The notes beneath the pieces were generated by a model. That model was not told the DNA's origin. It did no database searches and worked only from the letters and a program-made list of their open reading frames with translations. 64,000 nucleotides of DNA, taken from assembly GCA_009784345.1 (NCBI GenBank), contig WRBW01000001.1:32971-96970 (forward strand), given 5' to 3'. Made by a program: the position numbers and the translations under genes. This DNA comes from Coriobacteriia bacterium. GTDB lineage: Bacteria > Actinomycetota > Coriobacteriia > WRKU01 > WQUG01. This document shows positions 36,957 through 46,499 of the stretch, in pieces; positions within the stretch are counted from its first letter, which is position 1; each line of letters begins with the position of its first letter.

Positions 36957-37961
36957 ATGAAGATGCTCGTCACTGGAGCTGCCGGTTTTATTGGCTCAAA
37001 TTTCGTGTTCCACCAGTTGAAGAAGCGTCCCAAGACCCAAATCGTTGGCTTGGACGCACTCACATATGCAGGCAATTATGAAACACTCAAGCCACTAGAA
37101 GGACACAGCCAGTTTCGCTTTATAAAATCTGACATTACAGACAAAAGCTCTATTGATGTGCTGTTTGATACCGAGAGATTTGATGTAGTTGTAAATTTCG
37201 CTGCCGAATCACATGTAGACAGATCGATTGAAAACCCATCGATTTTTCTAAGCACGAACATCATTGGTACTCAGGTACTAATGGACGCTGCACTGCGCTA
37301 CGATGTAAGGCGCTTCCACCAAATTTCGACCGATGAGGTTTACGGTGATCTGCCTCTGGAACGACCCGATTTATTGTTTACAGAAAGTACGCCTTTACAC
37401 ACATCAAGCCCCTATTCAGCATCAAAGGCTAGCGCTGACCTGCTGGCTCAAGCTTATTATCGCACCTTTAATTTGCCATTGAGTATTTCGCGGTGCTCGA
37501 ATAACTATGGCCCTTATCACTTCCCGGAAAAACTTATACCTCTGGCCATAACTAACGCGCTGGCAGACAAGCCGATCCCTGTGTATGGTACAGGTGAAAA
37601 TGTTCGCGACTGGCTATATGTCGAAGACCACTGTGAGGCGATAGACTGCATCATTACAAGGGCGGATTCAGGTTCCGTCTTCAATGTTGGTGGACATAAT
37701 GAAATGCGAAATATCGATATCGTGAAGCTCATTCTTGACAAGCTTCAAAAGCCTGAATCCCTGATTGAATATGTTTCAGACCGCAAGGGTCATGATCTGC
37801 GCTACGCAATTGACCCCTCCAAAATTGAAAACGAGCTGAGCTGGACCCCGAAGACACAATTCGCAGAGGGTCTCGACAGAACAATTGAATGGTACCTGCG
37901 CAATGAAACTTGGTGGTCGCGTATTCTAACTGGTGAATACCGGAAAAGCCTACCGCGTTAA
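36957..37961 (+). CDS. rmlB: dTDP-glucose 4,6-dehydratase
   Basis: MKMLVTGAAGFIGSNF Rossmann motif, YSASKASAD catalytic YxxxK; 334 aa. Confidence 0.9.
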   Translation: MKMLVTGAAGFIGSNFVFHQLKKRPKTQIVGLDALTYAGNYETLKPLEGHSQFRFIKSDITDKSSIDVLFDTERFDVVVNFAAESHVDRSIENPSIFLSTNIIGTQVLMDAALRYDVRRFHQISTDEVYGDLPLERPDLLFTESTPLHTSSPYSASKASADLLAQAYYRTFNLPLSISRCSNNYGPYHFPEKLIPLAITNALADKPIPVYGTGENVRDWLYVEDHCEAIDCIITRADSGSVFNVGGHNEMRNIDIVKLILDKLQKPESLIEYVSDRKGHDLRYAIDPSKIENELSWTPKTQFAEGLDRTIEWYLRNETWWSRILTGEYRKSLPR

Positions 37962-37964
37962 CAA

Positions 37965-39164
37965 TTACTCAATAGGTTTTTTTAGCGTTTTGACAAATTC
38001 AACAACATTAGTTGAAACCTTAATTAGCTGACTGTCGCTGCGCTTCGACAGCGGACTACCAGAGTTTATCAGCGCTATTATCTCTGTGCCACTAGCAAGA
38101 TAGTCGGCATACTTGGATGGCAAATAAGGATTCATGGCGCCCGGAAAATCTATATCTGCCAAAAGCAGGTAGTCCATTGTGCTCGCAATTGTAAGCATTT
38201 CCAGATTCCCCACAGAGCCGTTTGCTCGCAGCCTTTCCGGCTCATACCCCAATTCTCTAATATCGCAGTTTATGGTGTGATAATTTGAAGCGTAATAATT
38301 CGGTGTAAAAATATGCAGAACAACTTTTGGGTTGCTGAGGATACTCAGCAGTTCTTTATGACCACGCTCGTTGTAGAACGAGCCGAAGTAAGCGACATTT
38401 ATCATATCGCCATCAAGGGAATAATCGACCTGAGCCCTACCTACATACTCTCTATCTATGACAGGGTGCGCCCACACGATACTGCGCTCTCTGATTGAAT
38501 CTATGTCACGTCTTGCACAGTATGAATGCATGAATTCGCGCTGATTTTCATTGGTATAGATAATAAAGTCCGCCTTGTCATACACCATTTCCTCGACACG
38601 AAAAAACCTACTATCTCGTGGCTTGTTGTTCGTGCCGAAGCCGAGCGGGTCTGAGAACTCTGCATACCAGACGACACTAGGATACAATTCCTTATACTTA
38701 GATGCCGCAATATGCGAACCAGGCATCATTGAACGCGAATACATCACATCAGCCTGATAAAAGATCGCACTATCGAACGCTCGCTGTCCCCACCATTCAA
38801 AGTCAGTAAGTCGACTAACAGAAATTTCTTTTCTATGACTGAACTGTCGTATTGCATAAGTCTGGTCGTAATGCGGGTCGGTATTTCTCTGTTCCGAATA
38901 GTCTTGCTTAATTACATGCCAATCTATCTCGGCGCCATAATGAGTTGAGACTTCCGCAAGCCGCTTGGATGCAACATAAGCTGAAGGGTCTGCCTCGGGA
39001 GGAAATAGCTGGCAAAACGCAATCCCTTTTGCTATGCAGCTTTTCCCAAGGTCGAACTGCACTTGATGTCCTGAATCATTGAGATTCTCCGAGCTGGACT
39101 CCTCAAAAGAAAGTATTGGCGTGGACTCATCAGTCATTTGATCAATTGGTATGCCTGCGGCCAC
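37965..39164 (-). CDS. stand-alone X-domain protein (paralog of domain in 26512..29508 and 39670..41682)
   Basis: 399 aa, GTG start overlapping the upstream stop (TAGTG). Shared blocks FCQLFPPEADPSAYVASKRL, DFEWWGQRAFDSAIFY, GSHIAASKYKELYP..WYAEFSDPL, INVAYFGSFY, NPYLPSKYADYLASGTEIIAL. Confidence 0.6.
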   Translation of the reverse strand: MAAGIPIDQMTDESTPILSFEESSSENLNDSGHQVQFDLGKSCIAKGIAFCQLFPPEADPSAYVASKRLAEVSTHYGAEIDWHVIKQDYSEQRNTDPHYDQTYAIRQFSHRKEISVSRLTDFEWWGQRAFDSAIFYQADVMYSRSMMPGSHIAASKYKELYPSVVWYAEFSDPLGFGTNNKPRDSRFFRVEEMVYDKADFIIYTNENQREFMHSYCARRDIDSIRERSIVWAHPVIDREYVGRAQVDYSLDGDMINVAYFGSFYNERGHKELLSILSNPKVVLHIFTPNYYASNYHTINCDIRELGYEPERLRANGSVGNLEMLTIASTMDYLLLADIDFPGAMNPYLPSKYADYLASGTEIIALINSGSPLSKRSDSQLIKVSTNVVEFVKTLKKPIE

Positions 39165-39643
39165 TATGCACTAATAATGCTTTGGTACTCTCGCAGCAAC
39201 CTGCGCCGGACGCGCAGTGCAAAAGTCACCGGTGGCAAAAATCTATATCTTTTGGCGATCTTCCTAAGATAAAATCCGCGTGGGAGATCTGGCAGCCCTG
39301 GAACATTGTCACTTGGTATGTTGAGCTCTTTGCGGAGCCTGATATTCTCCCTTCTCAGTTCCCTTAATTCCAAATCATTATGGAACTGAGCTTGCCGAGC
39401 CGCCTCTACAATTCGTTCCATTTGGTCAATTTTTGAATCCTTGATAGATACCTCTTCCTCGAGGCGTCTGGTTAGTGCTGTAAGCTGCGTAACGTTTTCT
39501 CTGGGATCAAGCGACTCGCAACATTCTTGCAGACCCTCCCGAGCCTGCACATTTGACCCGTCAAAGCGAGTAACTGTATCTTCATAAAGATGTTTCATAT
39601 TCTGATTATGATACCATTTACCAGCATCAAACAGATTCTTCAC
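39164..39643 (-). CDS. coiled-coil protein with basic C-terminal tail (CC module 2)
   Basis: 159 aa, ...RIVEAARQAQFHNDLELRELRRENIRLRKEL...LRKIAKRYRFLPPVTFALRVRRRLLREY. Translationally coupled to the X-domain gene. Confidence 0.45.
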   Translation of the reverse strand: MKNLFDAGKWYHNQNMKHLYEDTVTRFDGSNVQAREGLQECCESLDPRENVTQLTALTRRLEEEVSIKDSKIDQMERIVEAARQAQFHNDLELRELRRENIRLRKELNIPSDNVPGLPDLPRGFYLRKIAKRYRFLPPVTFALRVRRRLLREYQSIISA

Positions 39644-39669
39644 AGACAGAGAAGTGGACTAGGCCAATT

Positions 39670-41682
39670 ATGAACCAATTACAAGGCGGGAATAGTCTTC
39701 CCCTTGGCGTGAGCGTTATCGTTACAACATGGAAGGAAGTTCCCAGCATCTACGAGGCCGTTGCCTCGGTAGTAAACCAGAGTCTCAGTCAGTCCAAGAT
39801 AGAAATTATTATTGTCGTTAATGGAAGTAATGAACAATACTTTGAAAAGTTAGAGTCTACCTATCAAGAATCTGAAAACGTTAGGGTGCTTTACACGTCC
39901 CGCTTGGGAGCCAGTCATGCATGCAACCTTGGAGTTGCTGAAGCATCCATGCGCTATCTAACCTTTCTTGACGACGACGACCAGCTTACAGAAGGCTACT
40001 TGGCCGAACTGCTTAATCTTGACGAGCCTGAAGTGAGCATTATTATGGGAAAGCTCTCAGACTTTGAGGCAGGCAGCTTATCGCGTGACACATACATAAA
40101 CCGAGCAATTCAATCAAGCAGCAAGAGGAGAACAAGCGATTATTTGTCAATAAGTTCACTCTTTGCGAACAAGACAGCAAAGCTTATCAGAACCAATCTA
40201 ATGAAAGCACGCTTTTTGCCCTTCCCAGAAGAATTCTCTCACAGCATAGATGTAGTCTTTTGGTGCCGCAATTTTGGTCGTCTGACTGGCTTGGTTGCCG
40301 TGGCTTCTGCGCGCACTAAAGAGACTTACATAAGGAAAAAGACATCGGACAGCTTGTCCCGACCAGACTCTGCAAAACTCATGCAATACACTGATGATAA
40401 GCTGGCCATGATTAAGGAGTTTTCCGAGCTCTATTTAGATGGCAACACAAGGCCTTCTCACAAAACTTTCTTGCGAAACGTCATGAGTCGTCAGTCACTG
40501 TTTCTAAAGGACTACACGGAAAGTGACCCTAGTGGACAGTGCCTGCAATTGATTCAAGAGCGACTGCTTGCAGACGATGGACTGTTGATAAAGCGTTCGC
40601 TGTTTGCACAGGTCAAAGGTTTAGCCTTCTGTCAATTGTTTTTACCTGAAGCAAGTCCGTCATCCTATGTTTCCTCACGACGTCTTTGGCAACTTTCAAA
40701 GTATCTCGGAAAAGTAATCGACTGGACAGTGCTGAAGCAAGATCTTTCTGAGCGTCGCCACGAGGATAGAGCTTATTACTCTGGCTTTGCCCAATATTTT
40801 TGCGGTAATGTAAAGAATGTTTTCGTTAGAAAGCCTAATGACTTCATGCTGTGGGGACAAAATGCCTTCGAATCAGCCTTATTTTACAAAGTTCCTTACG
40901 TGTATTCTCGCGCACAGTTTCCAGGCTCACATGTTGCCGCTTCAAAATATAAGGCACTGTATCCTGAGACCACCTGGTTTGCAGAATTTTCCGATCCTCT
41001 TTCGCGCGGAACTGATGATTGCGCAAAGACTGATCTTCGGTACGAAGAAATTGAGAATTTGGTATACGATGGCGCTGATTGCATCATTTTCACCAATAAT
41101 AATCAGCGAGAATACATGCTTGGCTACTGCGGTCGATCAGATACTGAGTCCATACGAGAGCGAAGCCTTGTCTGGAACCACACCGTCATAGATAAGGCAT
41201 TTGTAGGCTCTGTCCAAGTGAACTATGCTCTGAATGAAGAGCAGATAAATGTCGCATACTTTGGCTCTTTCTATATGAATCGCGGTCATGAGAACATGCT
41301 TCGGCTACTAAATAATCCCAGGGTCGTGCTACACATATTTACACCCGACTACTTCAAATCAAACTACGGCCAGATTGATGATGACATTAAGCGGATGGGT
41401 GTTGATCCGGGACGCCTTCGTAGAAATGACGCTGTTAGCTATATGGAGATGCTGGGGCTTGCACAGCGCATGGATTATTTATATCTGGGTGATGTTTCAT
41501 TTCCAGGCACAGTCAACCCATACTTACCCTCCAAGTACTCTGATTACGTTGCTAGCGGAAGCAAAATTATTGCCGTAGTCGAACCAGGCAGCCCTCTTTC
41601 GCAGCAAAGATGCGATCAGCTTATCAAACTTCAGAGCCTAAATGATGATTTTATTGCCACCCTAGCAAAGCCCATCAGCTAG
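39670..41682 (+). CDS. GT2 glycosyltransferase fused to X domain
   Basis: N-terminal GT2 (VSVIVTTWKEVPSIYEAVASVVNQS..FLDDDD), then the X domain (LAFCQLFLPEASPSSYVSSRRL ... NPYLPSKYSDYVASGSKIIAV); 670 aa. Confidence 0.7.
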   Translation: MNQLQGGNSLPLGVSVIVTTWKEVPSIYEAVASVVNQSLSQSKIEIIIVVNGSNEQYFEKLESTYQESENVRVLYTSRLGASHACNLGVAEASMRYLTFLDDDDQLTEGYLAELLNLDEPEVSIIMGKLSDFEAGSLSRDTYINRAIQSSSKRRTSDYLSISSLFANKTAKLIRTNLMKARFLPFPEEFSHSIDVVFWCRNFGRLTGLVAVASARTKETYIRKKTSDSLSRPDSAKLMQYTDDKLAMIKEFSELYLDGNTRPSHKTFLRNVMSRQSLFLKDYTESDPSGQCLQLIQERLLADDGLLIKRSLFAQVKGLAFCQLFLPEASPSSYVSSRRLWQLSKYLGKVIDWTVLKQDLSERRHEDRAYYSGFAQYFCGNVKNVFVRKPNDFMLWGQNAFESALFYKVPYVYSRAQFPGSHVAASKYKALYPETTWFAEFSDPLSRGTDDCAKTDLRYEEIENLVYDGADCIIFTNNNQREYMLGYCGRSDTESIRERSLVWNHTVIDKAFVGSVQVNYALNEEQINVAYFGSFYMNRGHENMLRLLNNPRVVLHIFTPDYFKSNYGQIDDDIKRMGVDPGRLRRNDAVSYMEMLGLAQRMDYLYLGDVSFPGTVNPYLPSKYSDYVASGSKIIAVVEPGSPLSQQRCDQLIKLQSLNDDFIATLAKPIS

Positions 41683-41750
41683 CAAGAGGGTATCAAGGCT
41701 TATTACCATTCAGCCAAGCATTTGACGTATCAAATCTTGCAAGGTTGTTG

Positions 41751-42434
41751 CTAGCGCTTTACATACTTGCGAAGCCTTGCCCGATAACTCTTCGGAACCA
41801 TCCTGCGAACCGCAAACACAAGAGCGGTCTTAATGCTTTTTAAAGCCTCATTCCTGGAGCGCAAATAATTGATATCTTCCTCGTATCGGTTGCACGCAAT
41901 TTGCGCAGCATCAATTATCTTATTTTTTTGCTTCAGAGTTCTTTGGGCACTCGCGAGCTCTGCTGAAAGGGCTTCGACACTTCTGTACTCTGGCTCAAAA
42001 GCCGGCTGGGGCAGTACGGAATGGTCATCCTCGGGGCTTAAGAGCTTGAGCTCATCTTTGATTTGCGTTGTTGAAATGCCTTCGGTCCTGTCCAGAAAGA
42101 CGAGCTCACAAACATCTGCAAGATACTCAAATCGATCACTTCCGGCCCAGTCACCGCCCATGACGACGACATCAATGTCATTGTCTTTTACATCTTTGAT
42201 TTTTTGATTCCAATTTCTTTCTGGAATAACCTCATCAACATCACACAGAGAGAGGAGCATCTCGCGACGAACATCATAGCTGTGGTATGTTTTCTTACCC
42301 TTCTGCTCGAGATTGAATTCGTCCGTTGATAAAGCAACGGTTAAGTGGTCCCCCAGAGCACGTGCACGCTTGATAAGTCGGATATGACCATAGTGCAATA
42401 AGTCGTAAGTTCCGTATGTGAGTACTTTTTTCAC
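41751..42434 (-). CDS. tagD: glycerol-3-phosphate cytidylyltransferase with C-terminal coiled-coil/basic-tail extension (CC module 3)
   Basis: Residues 1-130 align with B. subtilis TagD (MKKVLTYGTYDLLHYGHIRLIKRA...TEGISTTQIKDEL). The roughly 95-aa extension ...KIIDAAQIACNRYEEDINYLRSRNEALKSI...AVRRMVPKSYRARLRKYVKR is paralogous to CC modules 1 and 2. Confidence 0.85.
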   Translation of the reverse strand: MKKVLTYGTYDLLHYGHIRLIKRARALGDHLTVALSTDEFNLEQKGKKTYHSYDVRREMLLSLCDVDEVIPERNWNQKIKDVKDNDIDVVVMGGDWAGSDRFEYLADVCELVFLDRTEGISTTQIKDELKLLSPEDDHSVLPQPAFEPEYRSVEALSAELASAQRTLKQKNKIIDAAQIACNRYEEDINYLRSRNEALKSIKTALVFAVRRMVPKSYRARLRKYVKR

Positions 42435-42435
42435 G

Positions 42436-44598
42436 CTATCCTCTTTGCTCTAGTTTGTCACGAAGTAAGTTTATCAGCATTTGGTTGCTCTCTCTTGAAT
42501 TGCAGTATTCTCCCGTGTGGTCATCCAGACCCAATGCCTGTACTTCTGAACGAATAATTGCTTTTGCTAGGTCGCCTTCCTTTTCGAAGACTCGCTGCTT
42601 GAAAAGACCCCACATGTCCGGATAGACTCCACGGCTCTCTTCGTACTGTTCGAAATCGTTCACATAGAGATAGACTGGCTTATCGATTGTGAGAGCATCG
42701 AAAACGACAGATGAGTAATCAGAAACTATAATATCAGCGCCCAGAAGCAAGTCCTGCAGATCCATGGATGAAGTAGAGCGCTCCAAGATATCATCCTGAA
42801 AGTCGTGCCCTTTAGAGACTACGAAGTATGCGTCGCCAAGGCATTTCTGAAGCTCCTCAACATTAAGCAAGTACTGTAAGTTGCACTGTTCTGCACTCAC
42901 CTTGTAATTGTAGTCCCGCCACGTTGGTAGGTAGAGAATAATCTTTTGTTCTCCGCATGCCCCTAACATCTTTCGTAATGCGTTCCGCAATTCATGGTTG
43001 TACATGTTGGCGTTTAGGTAGTGTACACGCGGGTAACCCCAAGGCAACATCTTTGACTGTGGCATGAGAAAGCCCGTTTCGAAATAGCGCGATGCCCCCC
43101 TTGAATCGAGAAGAAAGTAATCCCACTTGAGTATATTTGCATACCTGCTTTGCTTATGACGCGGGTAATTCTGTGTTATTTCTGTTTCAGGCGAATCGAA
43201 GAGAAGCCTTTTTATGGGCGTACCATGCCAAAGCTGAATCCAAACACAGTCCGGGTGCTTCGTGATAAAGCTCGGCACCCACGATTCTGCAATAATTATT
43301 CGCGCTCTGAACACTGCCCTGAGGAGCTCCTTTGACTGCGGCTGAAGCCTGAACTGCTTGGGGACTCTCTCATCATCGGTAACAAAGTAGAGATTCGTAA
43401 ACCCTTTAAGACGTAAATCGTCGAAGAGGTACTTCGAGTTCCCTGAATACTGGAAGTCGAAGCCCAAAAAGACGACTGTTTTCTCCCGAGCGAAAGACTG
43501 TGCTTTCTTAGCTTCAAGCCTACATCGCATGAGCCAGACCATTCCGCCAAAAAAGCCACCCTTGTATCCGCTAAAATCAAGTTGTAGTACGCGCCTGATT
43601 GCTCTTTTGGCAGCAACCGATAATCGACGAGCTCTGCACACCAATATGAACAAAATTGCCCGCTGAGGATTCAGGAGCCTAATCTTTGCGCATCTCCTCA
43701 TAAAAGCATTGTCTTGAAGCAGGGATTTTTGTGTCAATGGAGCGATAGCCTCCAGGTAGTCACGAGCGAAGCTGCCCTTCAACCGACCTGGAACTCTGAG
43801 CTGGTAGTAGAGTGCAAATTTCATGCTGAGCGATGTGAGCAAGTCGCTCGTTTCCGAAAGCTTCTCTCTTTGAGCAATTCTTACTGCGTCACTAACTGCT
43901 GCTATGAAACCCTTTGCATGAACATCGGTCTGATACTTTGTTTTTGTAATTGAGTACTTGTTTACTCGAATAGTATAGAGAGGAGATTGAATAATTGATA
44001 TTCTCTCAGCTGAAATAACTGATTTTACCCAAAATGGAATATCTTCATAGAGGTAGCCTACGCCAAATTGGATATCGTGCGAGACAAGAAACCGCCTTGA
44101 ATAGAGCTTGTTGACCGTGAAGTATGTTTCTAGGCTGAGCAACTCAAGGCATTCTTTCCCTTGCAGGAGTTGAGATCTATTGCACAAATCATTACTGAGG
44201 TAGCGAATAGACTGAGATTCTTCGTAATAGTACTTCCAATCAAAGAACACAAAGTCTGATCTGTCTTCCTTAATGCGCTCATAGGCGAGTTCGAGGCAGA
44301 CGGGCTCGATTGTATCGTCAGCATCAAGGAAGAGAATATAATCGCCTCGTGCTTGCGTAATACCCAAATTGCGAACGAAGCCTAAGCCACAGTTCTCAAT
44401 GGTCATTGTCCTGAAACAAGTGTACATTTCTTCATACGACTTCAGAATGGACTCAGTCGAATCTGTCGAGCCGTCATTAATTGCCAATATCTCGAAGCTC
44501 TTGAAGCCTTGACCAAGTACCGAGTCGATGCATTGGGACAAATATTTTTCTGCATTATAGCAAGGAATAATTACGCTAATTTCTGGCTTCACGTTCAA
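42436..44598 (-). CDS. bifunctional GT2 glycosyltransferase / CDP-glycerol glycerophosphotransferase (TagF/TagB-like)
   Basis: N-terminal GT2 (ISVIIPCYNAEKYLSQCIDSVLGQ..LDADD). C-terminal TagF-type domain with the PTWR motif (KIILYLPTWRDYNYK) and DYSSVVFD; 720 aa. Confidence 0.75.
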   Translation of the reverse strand: MNVKPEISVIIPCYNAEKYLSQCIDSVLGQGFKSFEILAINDGSTDSTESILKSYEEMYTCFRTMTIENCGLGFVRNLGITQARGDYILFLDADDTIEPVCLELAYERIKEDRSDFVFFDWKYYYEESQSIRYLSNDLCNRSQLLQGKECLELLSLETYFTVNKLYSRRFLVSHDIQFGVGYLYEDIPFWVKSVISAERISIIQSPLYTIRVNKYSITKTKYQTDVHAKGFIAAVSDAVRIAQREKLSETSDLLTSLSMKFALYYQLRVPGRLKGSFARDYLEAIAPLTQKSLLQDNAFMRRCAKIRLLNPQRAILFILVCRARRLSVAAKRAIRRVLQLDFSGYKGGFFGGMVWLMRCRLEAKKAQSFAREKTVVFLGFDFQYSGNSKYLFDDLRLKGFTNLYFVTDDERVPKQFRLQPQSKELLRAVFRARIIIAESWVPSFITKHPDCVWIQLWHGTPIKRLLFDSPETEITQNYPRHKQSRYANILKWDYFLLDSRGASRYFETGFLMPQSKMLPWGYPRVHYLNANMYNHELRNALRKMLGACGEQKIILYLPTWRDYNYKVSAEQCNLQYLLNVEELQKCLGDAYFVVSKGHDFQDDILERSTSSMDLQDLLLGADIIVSDYSSVVFDALTIDKPVYLYVNDFEQYEESRGVYPDMWGLFKQRVFEKEGDLAKAIIRSEVQALGLDDHTGEYCNSRESNQMLINLLRDKLEQRG

Positions 44599-45704
44599 TT
44601 CGCCCCCGAGACGTTATGCTGCCGCTGGACTTCATTCTGGGTTGCTCGCTTTGACCTGACAACTCCAGATGAAAGGGCTTTCCGAAACAGCTGCCTCTTT
44701 ACACCTGCACTGTAGCGCCCTCCAAGTATGCTGACAAATGTCATCACACTGCAAGAGATGACCAGCAGGTCAGCTCTTCGACCCTGTATAATCCTCAGCC
44801 TGTGTAAAACAGATACAAACGGGCTTGCGATTTGACCAGGTCGAAGCTCGACTTGTGATAAGACTGCTGCAAAATCAGACGCGAACTGTGCTCTCTTTTT
44901 CTTCGGTACGCGTCTTTTGTAGTAGACGTAGAATTTCATTATGAGGCTTTCATACAGGTAAGAATATTGGGGCTTATACTCAGACCTTGTGTAAGCAAGT
45001 GCTGCCTCCACGGCCTTCAGGAAACTTGAAGAATGCCAGTCTGTTTCATGACCCCTCCCCGTCGACGAGGACTGATTAACCCTAATGACGTAGAGTGGTT
45101 TCGACATAGTGCTAATCTTTTTTGCCGCCGTAACTGCTGCAACCCAAAAGGGAACATCTTCATATAAATAATCTTCTCCGAACCGAATCTTGTGTTTAGC
45201 AAGGAAGTCACTTCGGTAGAGCTTGTTAACTGGAAAGTAAGTCACCAGTCTGAGGTAATCAAGGCATTCATCTCCCCTAAGGGGACTCTTCGTCGCCACG
45301 GACTTATCGGGGAGATAGAGTCGCCTATCGTAAGCATCGAAATAGAATTCCCAATCAAAGACTACCACGTCAGACTCGTCGCAAAGTGCTTGCCGAAGTG
45401 AAAGCTCAACGGCTTGATTAAGAAGAGTGTCATCAGCATCGAGAAACATGACGTACTCACCTTTTGCTCGAGCTAGTGCAAAATTTCGGGCGTGCCCCTG
45501 CCCCTTATTTTCGGTAGTGAATACGGTCAGATGGGCGTGCTCCGCAGAGTAATGCATTAGTATCGCAGGTGTTTCATCATATGACCCGTCATCGACAACT
45601 ATTATCTCAAGGTTTTTATGGGTCTGGGCGAGCACTGAATCAAGGCAAGGCGCAAGGTAGGCCTCGCCATTGAAGACAGGTATTATGATGCTAACTAAGT
45701 GCAT
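44595..45704 (-). CDS. GT2-family glycosyltransferase
   Basis: VSIIIPVFNGEAYLAPCLDSVLAQTHKNLEIIVVDDGS..FLDADD; ATGA overlap with the upstream gene. Confidence 0.7.
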   Translation of the reverse strand: MHLVSIIIPVFNGEAYLAPCLDSVLAQTHKNLEIIVVDDGSYDETPAILMHYSAEHAHLTVFTTENKGQGHARNFALARAKGEYVMFLDADDTLLNQAVELSLRQALCDESDVVVFDWEFYFDAYDRRLYLPDKSVATKSPLRGDECLDYLRLVTYFPVNKLYRSDFLAKHKIRFGEDYLYEDVPFWVAAVTAAKKISTMSKPLYVIRVNQSSSTGRGHETDWHSSSFLKAVEAALAYTRSEYKPQYSYLYESLIMKFYVYYKRRVPKKKRAQFASDFAAVLSQVELRPGQIASPFVSVLHRLRIIQGRRADLLVISCSVMTFVSILGGRYSAGVKRQLFRKALSSGVVRSKRATQNEVQRQHNVSGAN

Positions 45705-45737
45705 ACTCTATTGGCTAACCCCTGGTCTATAACCACA

Positions 45738-46499
45738 CTAATTATGTTTCTCATAAGTCTCGATAGCTGTTTCCACATCACCGTCATAGATGAGCTCACC
45801 TTTTTTGATGTAAAGAACTCTGCTACACAACTCTTCGACGCTGGTCATCGAGTGGCTGACGTAAAGTAAGGTAACGCCACTTTGGGCTAATTCATTAATT
45901 TTCTTGTTGCATTTTTCGCGAAACTTTGCATCGCCCACACTGAGTGCCTCATCAACCACGAGGATATCGGGATCTGAGTTTGCGCTAATGGCAAATCCCA
46001 AGCGCATCTTCATGCCGCTTGAATAGGTGAAGAGCGGTTGATCAATGTATTCGCCCAGTTCTGCAAACTCTATGATGAGTGTCTCCATCTGCTCTATTTC
46101 ATCTTTGGAGTAGCCCATTATAAAGCCCTTGAGATAGATGTTTTCGCGACCCGTCATTTCATTTGAGAATCCTGCAGTCAGCTCGAGGAGAGCCGCAACA
46201 TTGCCGTTTACCTCTACTTCCCCGGACGTAGGGAAGGTAACACCCGTGACGATTTTGAGCAAGGTCGATTTGCCGGCACCGTTTCGACCAATAATTCCCA
46301 CGGCTTCACCGCGACCGACCTCAAAATTGATATCTTTGAGCGCATCATGCCTCTTCAGTTTTTTACTCTTATGAAACAGTGCAGCAAATCGCTCTCTGTC
46401 AGACTTATACAGAATGTATTCCTTATTGACGTTGCTTATCTTCACAGCTGTCTTGCTCTGACGCGCGAGGTCTTTTTGCTTGTCGTGATTCTTCATCAT
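45738..46499 (-). CDS. ABC exporter ATP-binding protein (TagH/Wzt-like, polysaccharide/teichoic-acid export)
   Basis: Walker A GRNGAGKST, signature YSSGMKMRLGFA, Walker B ILVVDEALSVGD; 253 aa. Confidence 0.8.
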   Translation of the reverse strand: MMKNHDKQKDLARQSKTAVKISNVNKEYILYKSDRERFAALFHKSKKLKRHDALKDINFEVGRGEAVGIIGRNGAGKSTLLKIVTGVTFPTSGEVEVNGNVAALLELTAGFSNEMTGRENIYLKGFIMGYSKDEIEQMETLIIEFAELGEYIDQPLFTYSSGMKMRLGFAISANSDPDILVVDEALSVGDAKFREKCNKKINELAQSGVTLLYVSHSMTSVEELCSRVLYIKKGELIYDGDVETAIETYEKHN

